Shown piece by piece: positions 35,939 to 44,750 of a DNA stretch of 64,000 bases (positions are counted from its first letter, which is position 1; the number at the start of each line of letters is the position of its first letter). The position numbers and the translations under genes are program-made. The stretch comes from Candidatus Woesearchaeota archaeon (GTDB lineage Archaea > Nanobdellota > Nanobdellia > Woesearchaeales > UBA9642), in NCBI GenBank assembly GCA_041658255.1, contig JBBAAQ010000006.1:1005-65004 (forward strand), read 5' to 3'. The notes below the pieces were generated by a model. The model was not told the origin of the DNA, made no database searches, and was given only the letters and a program-made list of their open reading frames with translations.

Positions 35939-36361
35939 ATGGACTGGACACAATTCGATAGAGGGGTATTTTTGCTTAATGTTTTAGGTATCGTATATAA
36001 TCCTAAAACTCGACAAATTTTAATTGGCAAAAGAGAAAATGATCCCTATATAAAAGAACTCTCTTGGGCGTTTCCCGGAGGAAGACCTGCGTACAAAAAA
36101 GATTTAGAATTTTACTTAAAACATGAAATCAAAATCAAAACAGGACTTGATGTTGATGTTAAGAAAGTAATTTTTGCCAAAACTTATCCAGAAAAAAGAG
36201 AATTCCTTTCAATTTATTTTTATTGCGAAGTTATTAGTGGAAAAGAAAAAACAGGAAAAAAATTTGTTGAGATAAAGTGGGTAAAACCAACAGATGTGCA
36301 AAAATACTTTACAACTTCTTTACACCCAAAATTATTGGAATATCTGAAAACATTAGAATAA
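35939..36361 (+). CDS. Nudix-fold protein with a degenerate Nudix box
   Basis: FPGGRPAYKKDLEFYLKHEIKIKTGL aligned to GX5EX7REUXEEXGU shows R->H and three Glu positions replaced. ATG at 35939, about 25 nt after ctttataat. Confidence 0.55.
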   Translation: MDWTQFDRGVFLLNVLGIVYNPKTRQILIGKRENDPYIKELSWAFPGGRPAYKKDLEFYLKHEIKIKTGLDVDVKKVIFAKTYPEKREFLSIYFYCEVISGKEKTGKKFVEIKWVKPTDVQKYFTTSLHPKLLEYLKTLE

Positions 36362-36464
36362 CGGCGGCTTTTTCACTATCGCTCGAATCACGCTGCGCTT
36401 TCAGTCGCTTTGCTCCTTTAAGGGAAACTAACAACAATCGTTATACTATAAAAGAAAACTTTCT

Positions 36465-37082
36465 CTACGTCTCTTTTGCAGTCAAGAATAACATTGCCAT
36501 GATGACGAGGATCATGATGAGCATGAGTCCGAGAACTTTTGGATGGTACAGCGTATTATAGAAATTTTTTGAGAAATCACTTGTGTTTGTTGAACCGACA
36601 ACTTGAGTCTTATTATCAACGACTGTGGTGCTTGTTCCTCCTGTAGTTGTTTCTGTTGTCCCTGAAGTGCCACCGGTCTTTGTAGTGTCAAGACTTTGCT
36701 GTCCAAAACCGATACCGATAGAGAAGAGTAAGATAATTCCAATCGCAATAAGAATAACAGTATAAATTGTACTGTCTCCTTTCATTGCGTCTGCAAGATC
36801 CTTTTCGCCGATTCCAAACATACGGACTGCAAAGAGGATGAAAAAGATGACCACAATGAGGATTGTTATCCATGGCGTGAATGTAGTCATGAACCCGGTG
36901 AATCCTTTCGAGAGCATGACAATAAATCCAATAGATACTGCAACCATTGCATGTAATCCTTTTCTTCCATCACCAAATACTTTAAAGACTTCAAGGAGTC
37001 CAAAAATAAGGATGAACACTAAAAGGAATGTAAATATCGATACAAAATTACTGAGTATCGATAAATCCAGAAATGTTGCCAT
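36465..37082 (-). CDS. multi-pass membrane protein, paralog 3 of a tandem triplet, with a T/G-rich extracellular linker
   Basis: N-terminal FLLVFILIFGLLEVFKVFG resembles the other two paralogs. Linker TKTGGTSGTTETTTGGTSTT. Confidence 0.55.
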   Translation of the reverse strand: MATFLDLSILSNFVSIFTFLLVFILIFGLLEVFKVFGDGRKGLHAMVAVSIGFIVMLSKGFTGFMTTFTPWITILIVVIFFILFAVRMFGIGEKDLADAMKGDSTIYTVILIAIGIILLFSIGIGFGQQSLDTTKTGGTSGTTETTTGGTSTTVVDNKTQVVGSTNTSDFSKNFYNTLYHPKVLGLMLIMILVIMAMLFLTAKET

Positions 37083-37096
37083 ACAATTATCCCTTC

Positions 37097-37693
37097 CTAC
37101 TTACTCTTCATAACATCCCCGAATCTTTCGAAGATGCTCTTCTCGTTTTCCTTCTTTGGCTTATCACTACCCACAACAAAGTACATGATGATTGCAAAGA
37201 CGAGTACGACAATGATGAGTGATTGGGTATCTGAATCTCTTAGGAAGTCAAGCCACTGGGGTAAGTTCCACCAATTTGCAGCAGATCCAAAGATGATTAC
37301 TGTTGCAGCAATTGCAAACATGACTGCCCAACCGGCAACACTCGTACCTGCAAAATTGACCTCTCCACCGAATACTCCGATGATGAGAAGCATCATGACA
37401 ACCGCGACGAGTACTGCTGAGACATTCGGGAGTGCATTATTAATGATCGTAACAACATCAGCGCCATAAGGATAGGTTCCGGTGACATGGGGGATGATGA
37501 CACCAAGTGCCATGACAAGGCCGATGACTGCATTAAAATTTTTTCGAGGAGTCTTTCCGTCATCACCTACTCCAAGAACTTTTGTCTTTTGCAATACTGC
37601 AAAGACTATTGTGAATACGAGAATGAACGGCACGATAACATCGAGTACGCCCATATCACTTAATCGTAATAATCCATCTTGGAAAACGCCCAT
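37097..37693 (-). CDS. multi-pass membrane protein, paralog 2 of a tandem triplet
   Basis: N-terminus MGVFQDGLLRLSDMGVLDVIVPFILVFTIVFAVLQKTKVLG is nearly colinear with paralog 1. Confidence 0.6.
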   Translation of the reverse strand: MGVFQDGLLRLSDMGVLDVIVPFILVFTIVFAVLQKTKVLGVGDDGKTPRKNFNAVIGLVMALGVIIPHVTGTYPYGADVVTIINNALPNVSAVLVAVVMMLLIIGVFGGEVNFAGTSVAGWAVMFAIAATVIIFGSAANWWNLPQWLDFLRDSDTQSLIIVVLVFAIIMYFVVGSDKPKKENEKSIFERFGDVMKSK

Positions 37694-37776
37694 TTTTAAT
37701 CACCTTTGATGTGTTTTATTCTTTTAAGGATTGTTCCTTTATATTTTTAACCTTTTTCTCAGGGTTAGACCACTAC

Positions 37777-38343
37777 TTAATCTTTTTTATCTTCACTTCT
37801 ACTTTTTGGTTCTTTCATGATATAGGCCATAAAGCCAATACATACTGCAATAAAGATGACTGCCGCAACATAACTCTTATTCCAATTATCCTTCAAAAAG
37901 CCATAGATAATATCAAGCCAGCCGAGTGCATTTAAAAAAATCATGATGATGGACACAAATACGATAACCATAAAGACGCCATAATAGAATGGATGATCTT
38001 TTTTATTGAGGAAGAATCCTTCTTTTGTCTGTGCATGAAATGCTCCTGCAAGCATCATAAAACAGATGATGAGAAGGAGTACGAGAAATATTTGTGAAAC
38101 AGTCTTATTAATGACTGCGACGAGTTGTGTTGAGGCAATAACAAAAAATGCCATAACAAATGCAATCATGGAATTGAGATTTCTCTTAGTGAGTTCTCTA
38201 TCTTTACTGTCCTTTTCTGTACCCATGATTTTTGTTTTTTCAAGAATCGCAAATACGATAGTAAAGACTAGGAGGAATGGCAGAACAACATCGTAGATGC
38301 CGATGCGTACTAAAAAATCGATACTCTCCCTAAAGACCGTCAT
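37777..38343 (-). CDS. multi-pass membrane protein, paralog 1 of a tandem triplet
   Basis: N-terminus MTVFRESIDFLVRIGIYDVVLPFLLVFTIVFAILEKTKIMG. Confidence 0.6.
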   Translation of the reverse strand: MTVFRESIDFLVRIGIYDVVLPFLLVFTIVFAILEKTKIMGTEKDSKDRELTKRNLNSMIAFVMAFFVIASTQLVAVINKTVSQIFLVLLLIICFMMLAGAFHAQTKEGFFLNKKDHPFYYGVFMVIVFVSIIMIFLNALGWLDIIYGFLKDNWNKSYVAAVIFIAVCIGFMAYIMKEPKSRSEDKKD

Positions 38344-38385
38344 TACTCCATTTATAAAAGAATCTATATATAAATCTTTTGATTC

Positions 38386-38847
38386 TTAAGACGTCGTTTT
38401 GAGTTCTTTTTTAAGTACTTCGTCGTCTTTACTGAAGAGAAAATATCCTTCAATGTTCTTTCCTTCGAGAATCAGCGGGATCCAATATTTATCATCAGGC
38501 CACATAGAGTCATAAGGAATTTTGTTTTGGTCGAACCATTGCGGCTTCATCTCTTCACTTTCAGATGGTTTGCCTGAAAATTGATGTGCACTGTAGAGAT
38601 GCACATCGAGTTTTTGCGGGTCTCCTTGAAATTCGAAGATTATGAATCCGCGGTGACGTAAATCCTGTGGGATAATTCCCACCTCTTCATGAAGTTCACG
38701 AAGTGCTGCACCCTTTATAGATTCGCCTGCTGCAACTTTCCCGCCAAACCCATTCCATCGTCCCGCGCCGAATCCTCGCTTCTTCATCCCGAGAAGAATA
38801 TTTGTATCATCGTATATCATGCAGAGGGTGAGGAGTTTATTGGTCAT
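38386..38847 (-). CDS. MTH1/NUDT1-like Nudix hydrolase (oxidised purine nucleoside triphosphatase)
   Basis: LLGMKKRGFGAGRWNGFGGKV...RELHEEVG and MWPDDKYWIPL match the remembered human NUDT1 nearly residue for residue. Real start is MTNKLL at 38847. Confidence 0.75.
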   Translation of the reverse strand: MTNKLLTLCMIYDDTNILLGMKKRGFGAGRWNGFGGKVAAGESIKGAALRELHEEVGIIPQDLRHRGFIIFEFQGDPQKLDVHLYSAHQFSGKPSESEEMKPQWFDQNKIPYDSMWPDDKYWIPLILEGKNIEGYFLFSKDDEVLKKELKTTS

Positions 38848-39020
38848 GACTAAATTAAAAAAATAGAAGTATATATACTTTTCTAAATAAGATTGGTTGA
38901 AATAACCGTATATAGCTAAATAGTATTGGTTAAAATAGGTATATATAAATATAACTTCACGCAAGAAGAAAACATATATACATAAACCTTATACAAAAAG
39001 AAAAATTTATAATATTATCC

Positions 39021-40100
39021 ATGGAAAAATCAAACAAAACAGGAATATATATTGTGGCGATTGTTGCAGTCTTAGGTATTGTGATGATGACGGTCATAGC
39101 AGGAAAGCAGGCAGCAGAAGAAAAGAATCTTGCGCCTTCATTGACAAAAACAAATACAGCTGGAAAAGCGTATTATACATATGGCGCAGAAATTATTAAT
39201 TGTCCTCCTGCCCAGGAAAACACCACACATTATGGTTGTCAATATTATGAGCCAGTTAATGGCTACACTAATAAAGGATCTTTTTGTCCAGATAAGAGTG
39301 CGTGTCGTTTCTGCAATAAAGGATATGTAAAACAAAGTAATTATTGTGTTCCTGAACAGACGAATATTTCCTGCACTAATCAGGGATATGTATGTACCAA
39401 TCGAGTAAGAGGATGCGCCCTTAATTACACTTCCGTTAATTACTCCTGCGGTGATGATTTACTCATCTGCTGCGAAAACGTCGGTTATTGTGGTGATGGA
39501 ATCTTAGATATTGCAACCGAACAATGTGAATATCCTAACTCTGATCTTAAAGTTGCATGCAATGCGTATAATCCAAAATATACTAATGGATCCATCAGAT
39601 GCGACAATCAATGTGAAATAAATTTAAGTCAGTGCATTAGTAAAGAAGGCACTAAAGATAATAATGGAACTACACGTAATACTTCATTTGTACCTGCATA
39701 TGAAGAACTAGGATATCGCCGAACAAATAAGGCAATGAATATCTTTATTATGGCAGAAAGTAATATTACTTTTGAAGATGGTGATGAAGTTGCAACATTT
39801 GATGAAAATATCATTACTGGTGTAAAAAGATATAATTCGTCCGAACCACAAATACAACAAGACTATGTACTCTTTGAAGTAAGAGCATGGAACGACATTC
39901 CAGAGACTACCACAATAGAAGGATTTCACAATGGAAAAATCATTACGTTCAAATTATGGGACAAGAGCGAATCAAAGGAATATACGTTAACTGCAAAATA
40001 TATTGATTGTAGTTATATGCAAGATTCCTGTTGTAAACCAGAAAATACTTACTGTGCTTCTGCTGCAGGCGGAACTGCATTCGTCGTCTTATCAAAATAA
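39021..40100 (+). CDS. secreted cysteine-rich protein
   Basis: N-terminal TM/signal segment, many paired Cys residues, and a CGDGILDIATEQCE motif (Cys-rich repeat type). Confidence 0.55.
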   Translation: MEKSNKTGIYIVAIVAVLGIVMMTVIAGKQAAEEKNLAPSLTKTNTAGKAYYTYGAEIINCPPAQENTTHYGCQYYEPVNGYTNKGSFCPDKSACRFCNKGYVKQSNYCVPEQTNISCTNQGYVCTNRVRGCALNYTSVNYSCGDDLLICCENVGYCGDGILDIATEQCEYPNSDLKVACNAYNPKYTNGSIRCDNQCEINLSQCISKEGTKDNNGTTRNTSFVPAYEELGYRRTNKAMNIFIMAESNITFEDGDEVATFDENIITGVKRYNSSEPQIQQDYVLFEVRAWNDIPETTTIEGFHNGKIITFKLWDKSESKEYTLTAKYIDCSYMQDSCCKPENTYCASAAGGTAFVVLSK

Positions 40101-40215
40101 ATGAATCTGTAACGGTAGGTGATTTTTTCTTTTTTTAATTCTTTAAAACAAATTGGGTAAGTATATAGATACTTTTTTCCATCACCTTTTTAATATCTGA
40201 ATCATTCAATAGAGT

Positions 40216-40785
40216 ATGAGTATGATTCCACTTACTAAAGAACTTGCAGCGTATATTAAAGAAGAGGATGGCCAGCGCGAACTTATCATTACACGATCAC
40301 GTACTATTCTCAAGAATAGCAAGTCAGCAATTTATAGTATCCATCGCGGAGAATTCAAGCAAGCAAAACAATTACTCGACGATGCAAAGAACGTGATTAT
40401 TGAACTTCGTAAAATCATCAAAATCCATCCGCACCTTCAATACAATCTCGACAATGCACTTGAAGAGTATGCAGAAGCCTCCTGTTTCTATGAGTATCAG
40501 GTCAATAAGAAAGTTCCTTCATTTAAAGAACTTGAAGTCGATCCCATCAATTATCTTGGAGCATTATCTGATTTAACAGGCGAACTTGGACGTAAGGCAG
40601 TGATTGAAGCCACTGCAAAGAACAGTAAACGCGTCGAAGATATCCGTTCCACCATGGAAGAGATTCACGGCGTACTCCTTAGTATGGACTTACGTAATGG
40701 CGAATTACGCAAGAAATCTGATTCCATCAAATGGAACCTGCAGAAAGTCGAAGAATTATTGTATGATTTGAAACGGAAGAAATAA
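40216..40785 (+). CDS. translin-family protein
   Basis: EEYAEASCFYEY and LSDLTGELGRKAV resemble translin family signatures as recalled. Confidence 0.5.
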   Translation: MSMIPLTKELAAYIKEEDGQRELIITRSRTILKNSKSAIYSIHRGEFKQAKQLLDDAKNVIIELRKIIKIHPHLQYNLDNALEEYAEASCFYEYQVNKKVPSFKELEVDPINYLGALSDLTGELGRKAVIEATAKNSKRVEDIRSTMEEIHGVLLSMDLRNGELRKKSDSIKWNLQKVEELLYDLKRKK

Positions 40786-40860
40786 GGAACTCTTTCTTTA
40801 GAGTGAGGGTTAATCATCTTTCTCGATAAATTTTTAAATATCGTTCTTTATCGTGTACTA

Positions 40861-41424
40861 ATGAAAGATATGGTCACATTGTCTGAAAAACATTTTTATC
40901 TCTGGCTTGAAAAACATAAGAATGGTCCCTATAACTATGAATTTCATGTTCCCGAAGTAGCACGATGGGCGAAATTAATCCTCAAGAATCATCCGGAAAT
41001 AGATGCTGAGATAGTGCTCATTTCGGTGTGGCTTCACGATATGGGTTCATATCCCGTAACGAGCGCCGATCATGCAGTGGTTGGTGAGAAACTCGCAAGA
41101 ACATTTCTTGAAAAAAATAAGTATGACAATAAAAAAATTTCTCAAGTGTTACACTGCATACGGTCGCATAGATGTAAAGACGTGATACCGAGATCTATGG
41201 AAGCAAAACTTGTGGCGTGCTGTGATTCTGCAAGCCATTTGACCGATTATGTATATATCTCTATGCTCATCGATAGTAAAACCAAAGATCTGTCTTTAGA
41301 TGTTATAGGAAAATTGGAAAGGGATTATGCAGATTTATCAGCATTTCCAGAAATGAAGAAAAAGCTCACGCCACTCTACTTGACGTGGAAGAAATTATTA
41401 TCAGCATATCAGAACGTTTTCTAA
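40861..41424 (+). CDS. HD-domain phosphohydrolase
   Basis: HD dyad in VWLHDMG, with downstream conserved His and Asp (IRSHRCKD, CCDSASH). Confidence 0.65.
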   Translation: MKDMVTLSEKHFYLWLEKHKNGPYNYEFHVPEVARWAKLILKNHPEIDAEIVLISVWLHDMGSYPVTSADHAVVGEKLARTFLEKNKYDNKKISQVLHCIRSHRCKDVIPRSMEAKLVACCDSASHLTDYVYISMLIDSKTKDLSLDVIGKLERDYADLSAFPEMKKKLTPLYLTWKKLLSAYQNVF

Positions 41425-41464
41425 AGTCGAAGAATTATTGTATGATTTGAAGAGGAAGAAATAA
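41423..41464 (+). repeat. direct repeat: second copy of the last 13 codons plus stop of the translin-like gene
   Basis: aaagtcgaagaattattgtatgatttgaaGAggaagaaataa vs copy 1 ...gaaACggaag... Both differences are synonymous in the translin frame. Confidence 0.85.
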
Positions 41465-41472
41465 ATTAAAAA

Positions 41473-42099
41473 TCACCAATTATTGTCAAGAACTCTTTGC
41501 CAAACTTCATTTGTTGGCTTTTTCCACTCGATTTTTAATCGCGCAAATTCTATCCCCGACCAAATCGCTAATTGTGGTGTTGTATAGCTTCCGTCGTATT
41601 CAAAGACTGGAACTCTCGATTTCCAATATTTTTTGACAGCCTTATTCATTGTTTTTTCGGTTGATGTTTCTTTATCTTTTGATTCTCTGTATAATTCTCT
41701 CTCGACATGCGCTCTATCAACAACATATGCTTTGTCTTTGGGTGTTAATTCGAAACTGAGGAGCATAACTTCTTTGTCTCTGCAAATATCGTGCATGAGA
41801 TTATTCCACAAATACGGAAATTCTGAATTTTCTAACCAGGATTTTGGTTCAGGTTCAAGCAATCCTTCAATTATGCCATCATGCGCTTCATCGGGCAAAC
41901 CATTACCTCTTCCATAACGAATAAATCTTCTACGCGGGATTAATCCTGTGAAATCATCAGAATAAAATGATATTCGCCCGTCTATTCCTTTTGTTTTCAT
42001 AGATTGATATGCGCAGGAATTAGTATAATGATACCCCATAATCTTATTTGCTAATTCTGTAACCATAAGTCGTGGGTAGTTGTTAGTATTTATAAACAT
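41473..42099 (-). CDS. hypothetical protein
   Basis: Non-overlapped 208-aa ORF. Confidence 0.45.
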   Translation of the reverse strand: MFINTNNYPRLMVTELANKIMGYHYTNSCAYQSMKTKGIDGRISFYSDDFTGLIPRRRFIRYGRGNGLPDEAHDGIIEGLLEPEPKSWLENSEFPYLWNNLMHDICRDKEVMLLSFELTPKDKAYVVDRAHVERELYRESKDKETSTEKTMNKAVKKYWKSRVPVFEYDGSYTTPQLAIWSGIEFARLKIEWKKPTNEVWQRVLDNNW

Positions 42100-42195
42100 T
42101 TCGCTACTAAGTAGTGGTATTAAATTTTTTCGTAAATATACTTATCCGTAAAAAATTCGACTAATAAAAAGAAATATGATAAAAAAATAAAATTT

Positions 42196-42795
42196 TTATC
42201 TCTTCTGAGGATTGCCCCAGGCTGCAATACCGACCATGACGAGGAACCATGCATAGATTGCGTATTCGATGATGAGGCTGATGGTGTAATCGCCGGTGGT
42301 GAGTCCAACAAGAATGAAAGGCAGAGAAAAAAGTGGAATTAATGCCCACCATCCTGCTCTACCGACTTTTTTGAATAATTTCCACGACCAAATATACATA
42401 TAGACTGAATAATAGACGCCAAGAATTGCTGCAGCAAGAAGAATTATTCCACCAATAATATAGAATGCAAGTGAGGCAGAACTGATGAGTTTTCCGAGGA
42501 GAAGAAAGATCATTCCTACAAAGAACGCAACAACACCCCATAAGAGCATCCACCACGGTCTCGCATCCATTTTTGATGATTTATACGCGATGATTGCAGG
42601 GCCAAATCCTGGAATCCATGCAAGTCCTGGTGATTTAACTTTTGTGCGTTGACCAAGTCGCATATATGCAAATGACATATAGATATAGACTGCAATAGCA
42701 ATGAGTATCATAATACCAAACAATAGCATGAACATCGCAATATTAGCCGGGTCTACGGTTCCGTTTGTCAGTGTCGGAGTAAATAAGCCTGCCAT
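42196..42795 (-). CDS. multi-pass membrane protein, unknown function
   Basis: Five to six hydrophobic helices. Confidence 0.5.
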   Translation of the reverse strand: MAGLFTPTLTNGTVDPANIAMFMLLFGIMILIAIAVYIYMSFAYMRLGQRTKVKSPGLAWIPGFGPAIIAYKSSKMDARPWWMLLWGVVAFFVGMIFLLLGKLISSASLAFYIIGGIILLAAAILGVYYSVYMYIWSWKLFKKVGRAGWWALIPLFSLPFILVGLTTGDYTISLIIEYAIYAWFLVMVGIAAWGNPQKR

Positions 42796-42999
42796 GATAA
42801 CACCTCGCGTATATTTTTATACTTTGTTTTGCGGCATCACGAATATGAATCCCGCACTATCACTTTCCGGGGGTATTAAGTATAAAAAGATTGTTATTCT
42901 TTTGTGCTCTCTTAGAAATCTTTTTTCGTTATTTTAATAAAATTTAAAAACTATCGTCGTATTATCTTTATTAGTAGTGATGGATGAGAGGTTAATATT

Positions 43000-44748
43000 A
43001 TGTATCGAACGCATACGTGTAATGATTTACGGGCAAGTGATGAGCATAAGATAGTGACGATTGCAGGATGGGTCCATACGATTCGGTTGCACGGGGGATT
43101 GGCGTTTATCGATATCCGCGATCGGTATGGAATTACGCAGGTTACGATTAATACTGAGGAATTTGCTGAGGTAAAAAATCTTCGCAGAGAATTCGTTATT
43201 CAAGTGACTGGTGTGGTGAAGAAAAAACCAACTGCTAATGCAAAACTTGCAACAGGAGAAGTCGAGGTTGCGGTTTCTTCATTTGAGATCCTTAATACGT
43301 GCGAAATGCTTCCACTCGATTTGGATAATATTTCTGGGACAAGTGATGATACGCGTTTAACTTATCGCTATCTTGATCTTCGGCGATTTCCGATGCGTGA
43401 TAATATTATTTTACGACATCATGTTGCGCAAGCGACACGCGAATACTTGAATTCACAAAACTTTCTTGAGATAGAAACACCGCTCCTTATCCGCTCGACA
43501 CCGGAAGGTGCACGCGATTATTTGGTTCCCAGTAGATTATATCATGGAACCGCATATTCATTACCACAATCACCACAGATCTATAAACAACTCCTCATGG
43601 TCTCAGGATTTGATAGGTATTATCAATTAGCAAAATGTTTACGTGACGAGGATTTACGTGCAGACCGTCAACCGGAATTTACGCAAATAGATATTGAGAT
43701 GAGTTTTGTCCATCAAGAGGATGTGTTTGCTATTGGTGAGGGCCTCTTAAAAAATATTTTCAAGAAGACAATGCATCAGGATTTAGGAGCACCATGGCCG
43801 CGTATCACCTATGATGAGGCAATGGCGAAGTATGGTACTGATAAACCCGATATCCGATTCGAATTATTTCTGCACGATCTGAATGCGGCAGTCAAAGGAT
43901 CAGACTTTTCAGTATTCAATACTGCATTAGAATCTGACGGCAGTATTAAAGGACTTGTAGTTGATCATGAATTTACACGTAAAGAGATTGATGAACTAAC
44001 TGACATTGCTAAAATTTATCGGGCAAAGGGACTTGTGGTGTTAAAAGTTGTGAATACTGCTGATGGACTACGGCTTGACGGTAGTGCTGCGAAACATTTA
44101 TCGACTGAGATCCAGATGAATATTATTCGTGTACTTGGCGCAAAAGAAAAGAGCACGATTTTTATTGTTGCAGACGCATTTAAGGTTGCGCATGAATCCA
44201 TGGCGTATGTGCGCATCGAATTAGGGAAACGACTCAAATTATATGACGAGAAAAACTTTGCATTCTGTTGGGTCTATGATTTTCCAAGTTTCGAATGGAA
44301 TAGTGATGATGAACGGTGGGATGCTACGCACCACATCTTTACTTCTCCAAAACTTGAACATCTCGAATTTTTAGAGACTGATCCGGGAAAAGTACGTGCA
44401 CTCTGCTATGATATGGTCTTAAACGGCATTGAACTTGCATCAGGAAGTATTCGTATTAACAGGCGGGACATACAGGAACGGGTCATGAATGTGATTGGAC
44501 TCACGATGGAAGATGCAGAGCGAAAATTCGGATTCCTCCTCGAAGCATTCAAGTACGGCGCTCCACCCCACGGTGGATTTGCAATAGGTTTTGATCGACT
44601 TGTTGCATTACTGCGCGGCACGAACGATATCCGTGAATTTATTGCATTCCCAAAAAATAAGAATGCACAAAGCCCAATGGATGGATGTCCGTCGCCGATG
44701 GAAGAGAATGCGCTCAAAGATTTGGGATTGAAGGTTGAGAAGAAATAG
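43000..44748 (+). CDS. aspS: aspartyl-tRNA synthetase, long bacterial-type form
   Basis: OB-fold N-terminus IAGWVHTIRLHGGLAFIDIRDRYG. Class II motifs LRDEDLRADRQPEFTQID, GSIRI and GGFAIGFDRL. 582 aa, including the insertion domain typical of bacterial AspRS. Confidence 0.88.
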   Translation: MYRTHTCNDLRASDEHKIVTIAGWVHTIRLHGGLAFIDIRDRYGITQVTINTEEFAEVKNLRREFVIQVTGVVKKKPTANAKLATGEVEVAVSSFEILNTCEMLPLDLDNISGTSDDTRLTYRYLDLRRFPMRDNIILRHHVAQATREYLNSQNFLEIETPLLIRSTPEGARDYLVPSRLYHGTAYSLPQSPQIYKQLLMVSGFDRYYQLAKCLRDEDLRADRQPEFTQIDIEMSFVHQEDVFAIGEGLLKNIFKKTMHQDLGAPWPRITYDEAMAKYGTDKPDIRFELFLHDLNAAVKGSDFSVFNTALESDGSIKGLVVDHEFTRKEIDELTDIAKIYRAKGLVVLKVVNTADGLRLDGSAAKHLSTEIQMNIIRVLGAKEKSTIFIVADAFKVAHESMAYVRIELGKRLKLYDEKNFAFCWVYDFPSFEWNSDDERWDATHHIFTSPKLEHLEFLETDPGKVRALCYDMVLNGIELASGSIRINRRDIQERVMNVIGLTMEDAERKFGFLLEAFKYGAPPHGGFAIGFDRLVALLRGTNDIREFIAFPKNKNAQSPMDGCPSPMEENALKDLGLKVEKK

Positions 44749-44750
44749 AA

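Larger units (their letters stand above)
40786..41464 (+). mobile_element. candidate single-gene insertion (HD-domain gene with its own promoter) ending in a copy of the upstream gene's 3' end
   Basis: The 42-nt segment 41423-41464 duplicates 40744-40785 (40/42 identical). Confidence 0.3.

Noticed and set aside
38848-38964. N-terminal extension (MREVIFIYTYFNQYYLAIYGYFNQSYLEKYIYFYFFNLV) of the MTH1-like ORF
   Set aside because: It is the low-complexity translation of AT-rich promoter DNA with direct repeats. Homology to MTH1 begins at MTNKLL (38847).
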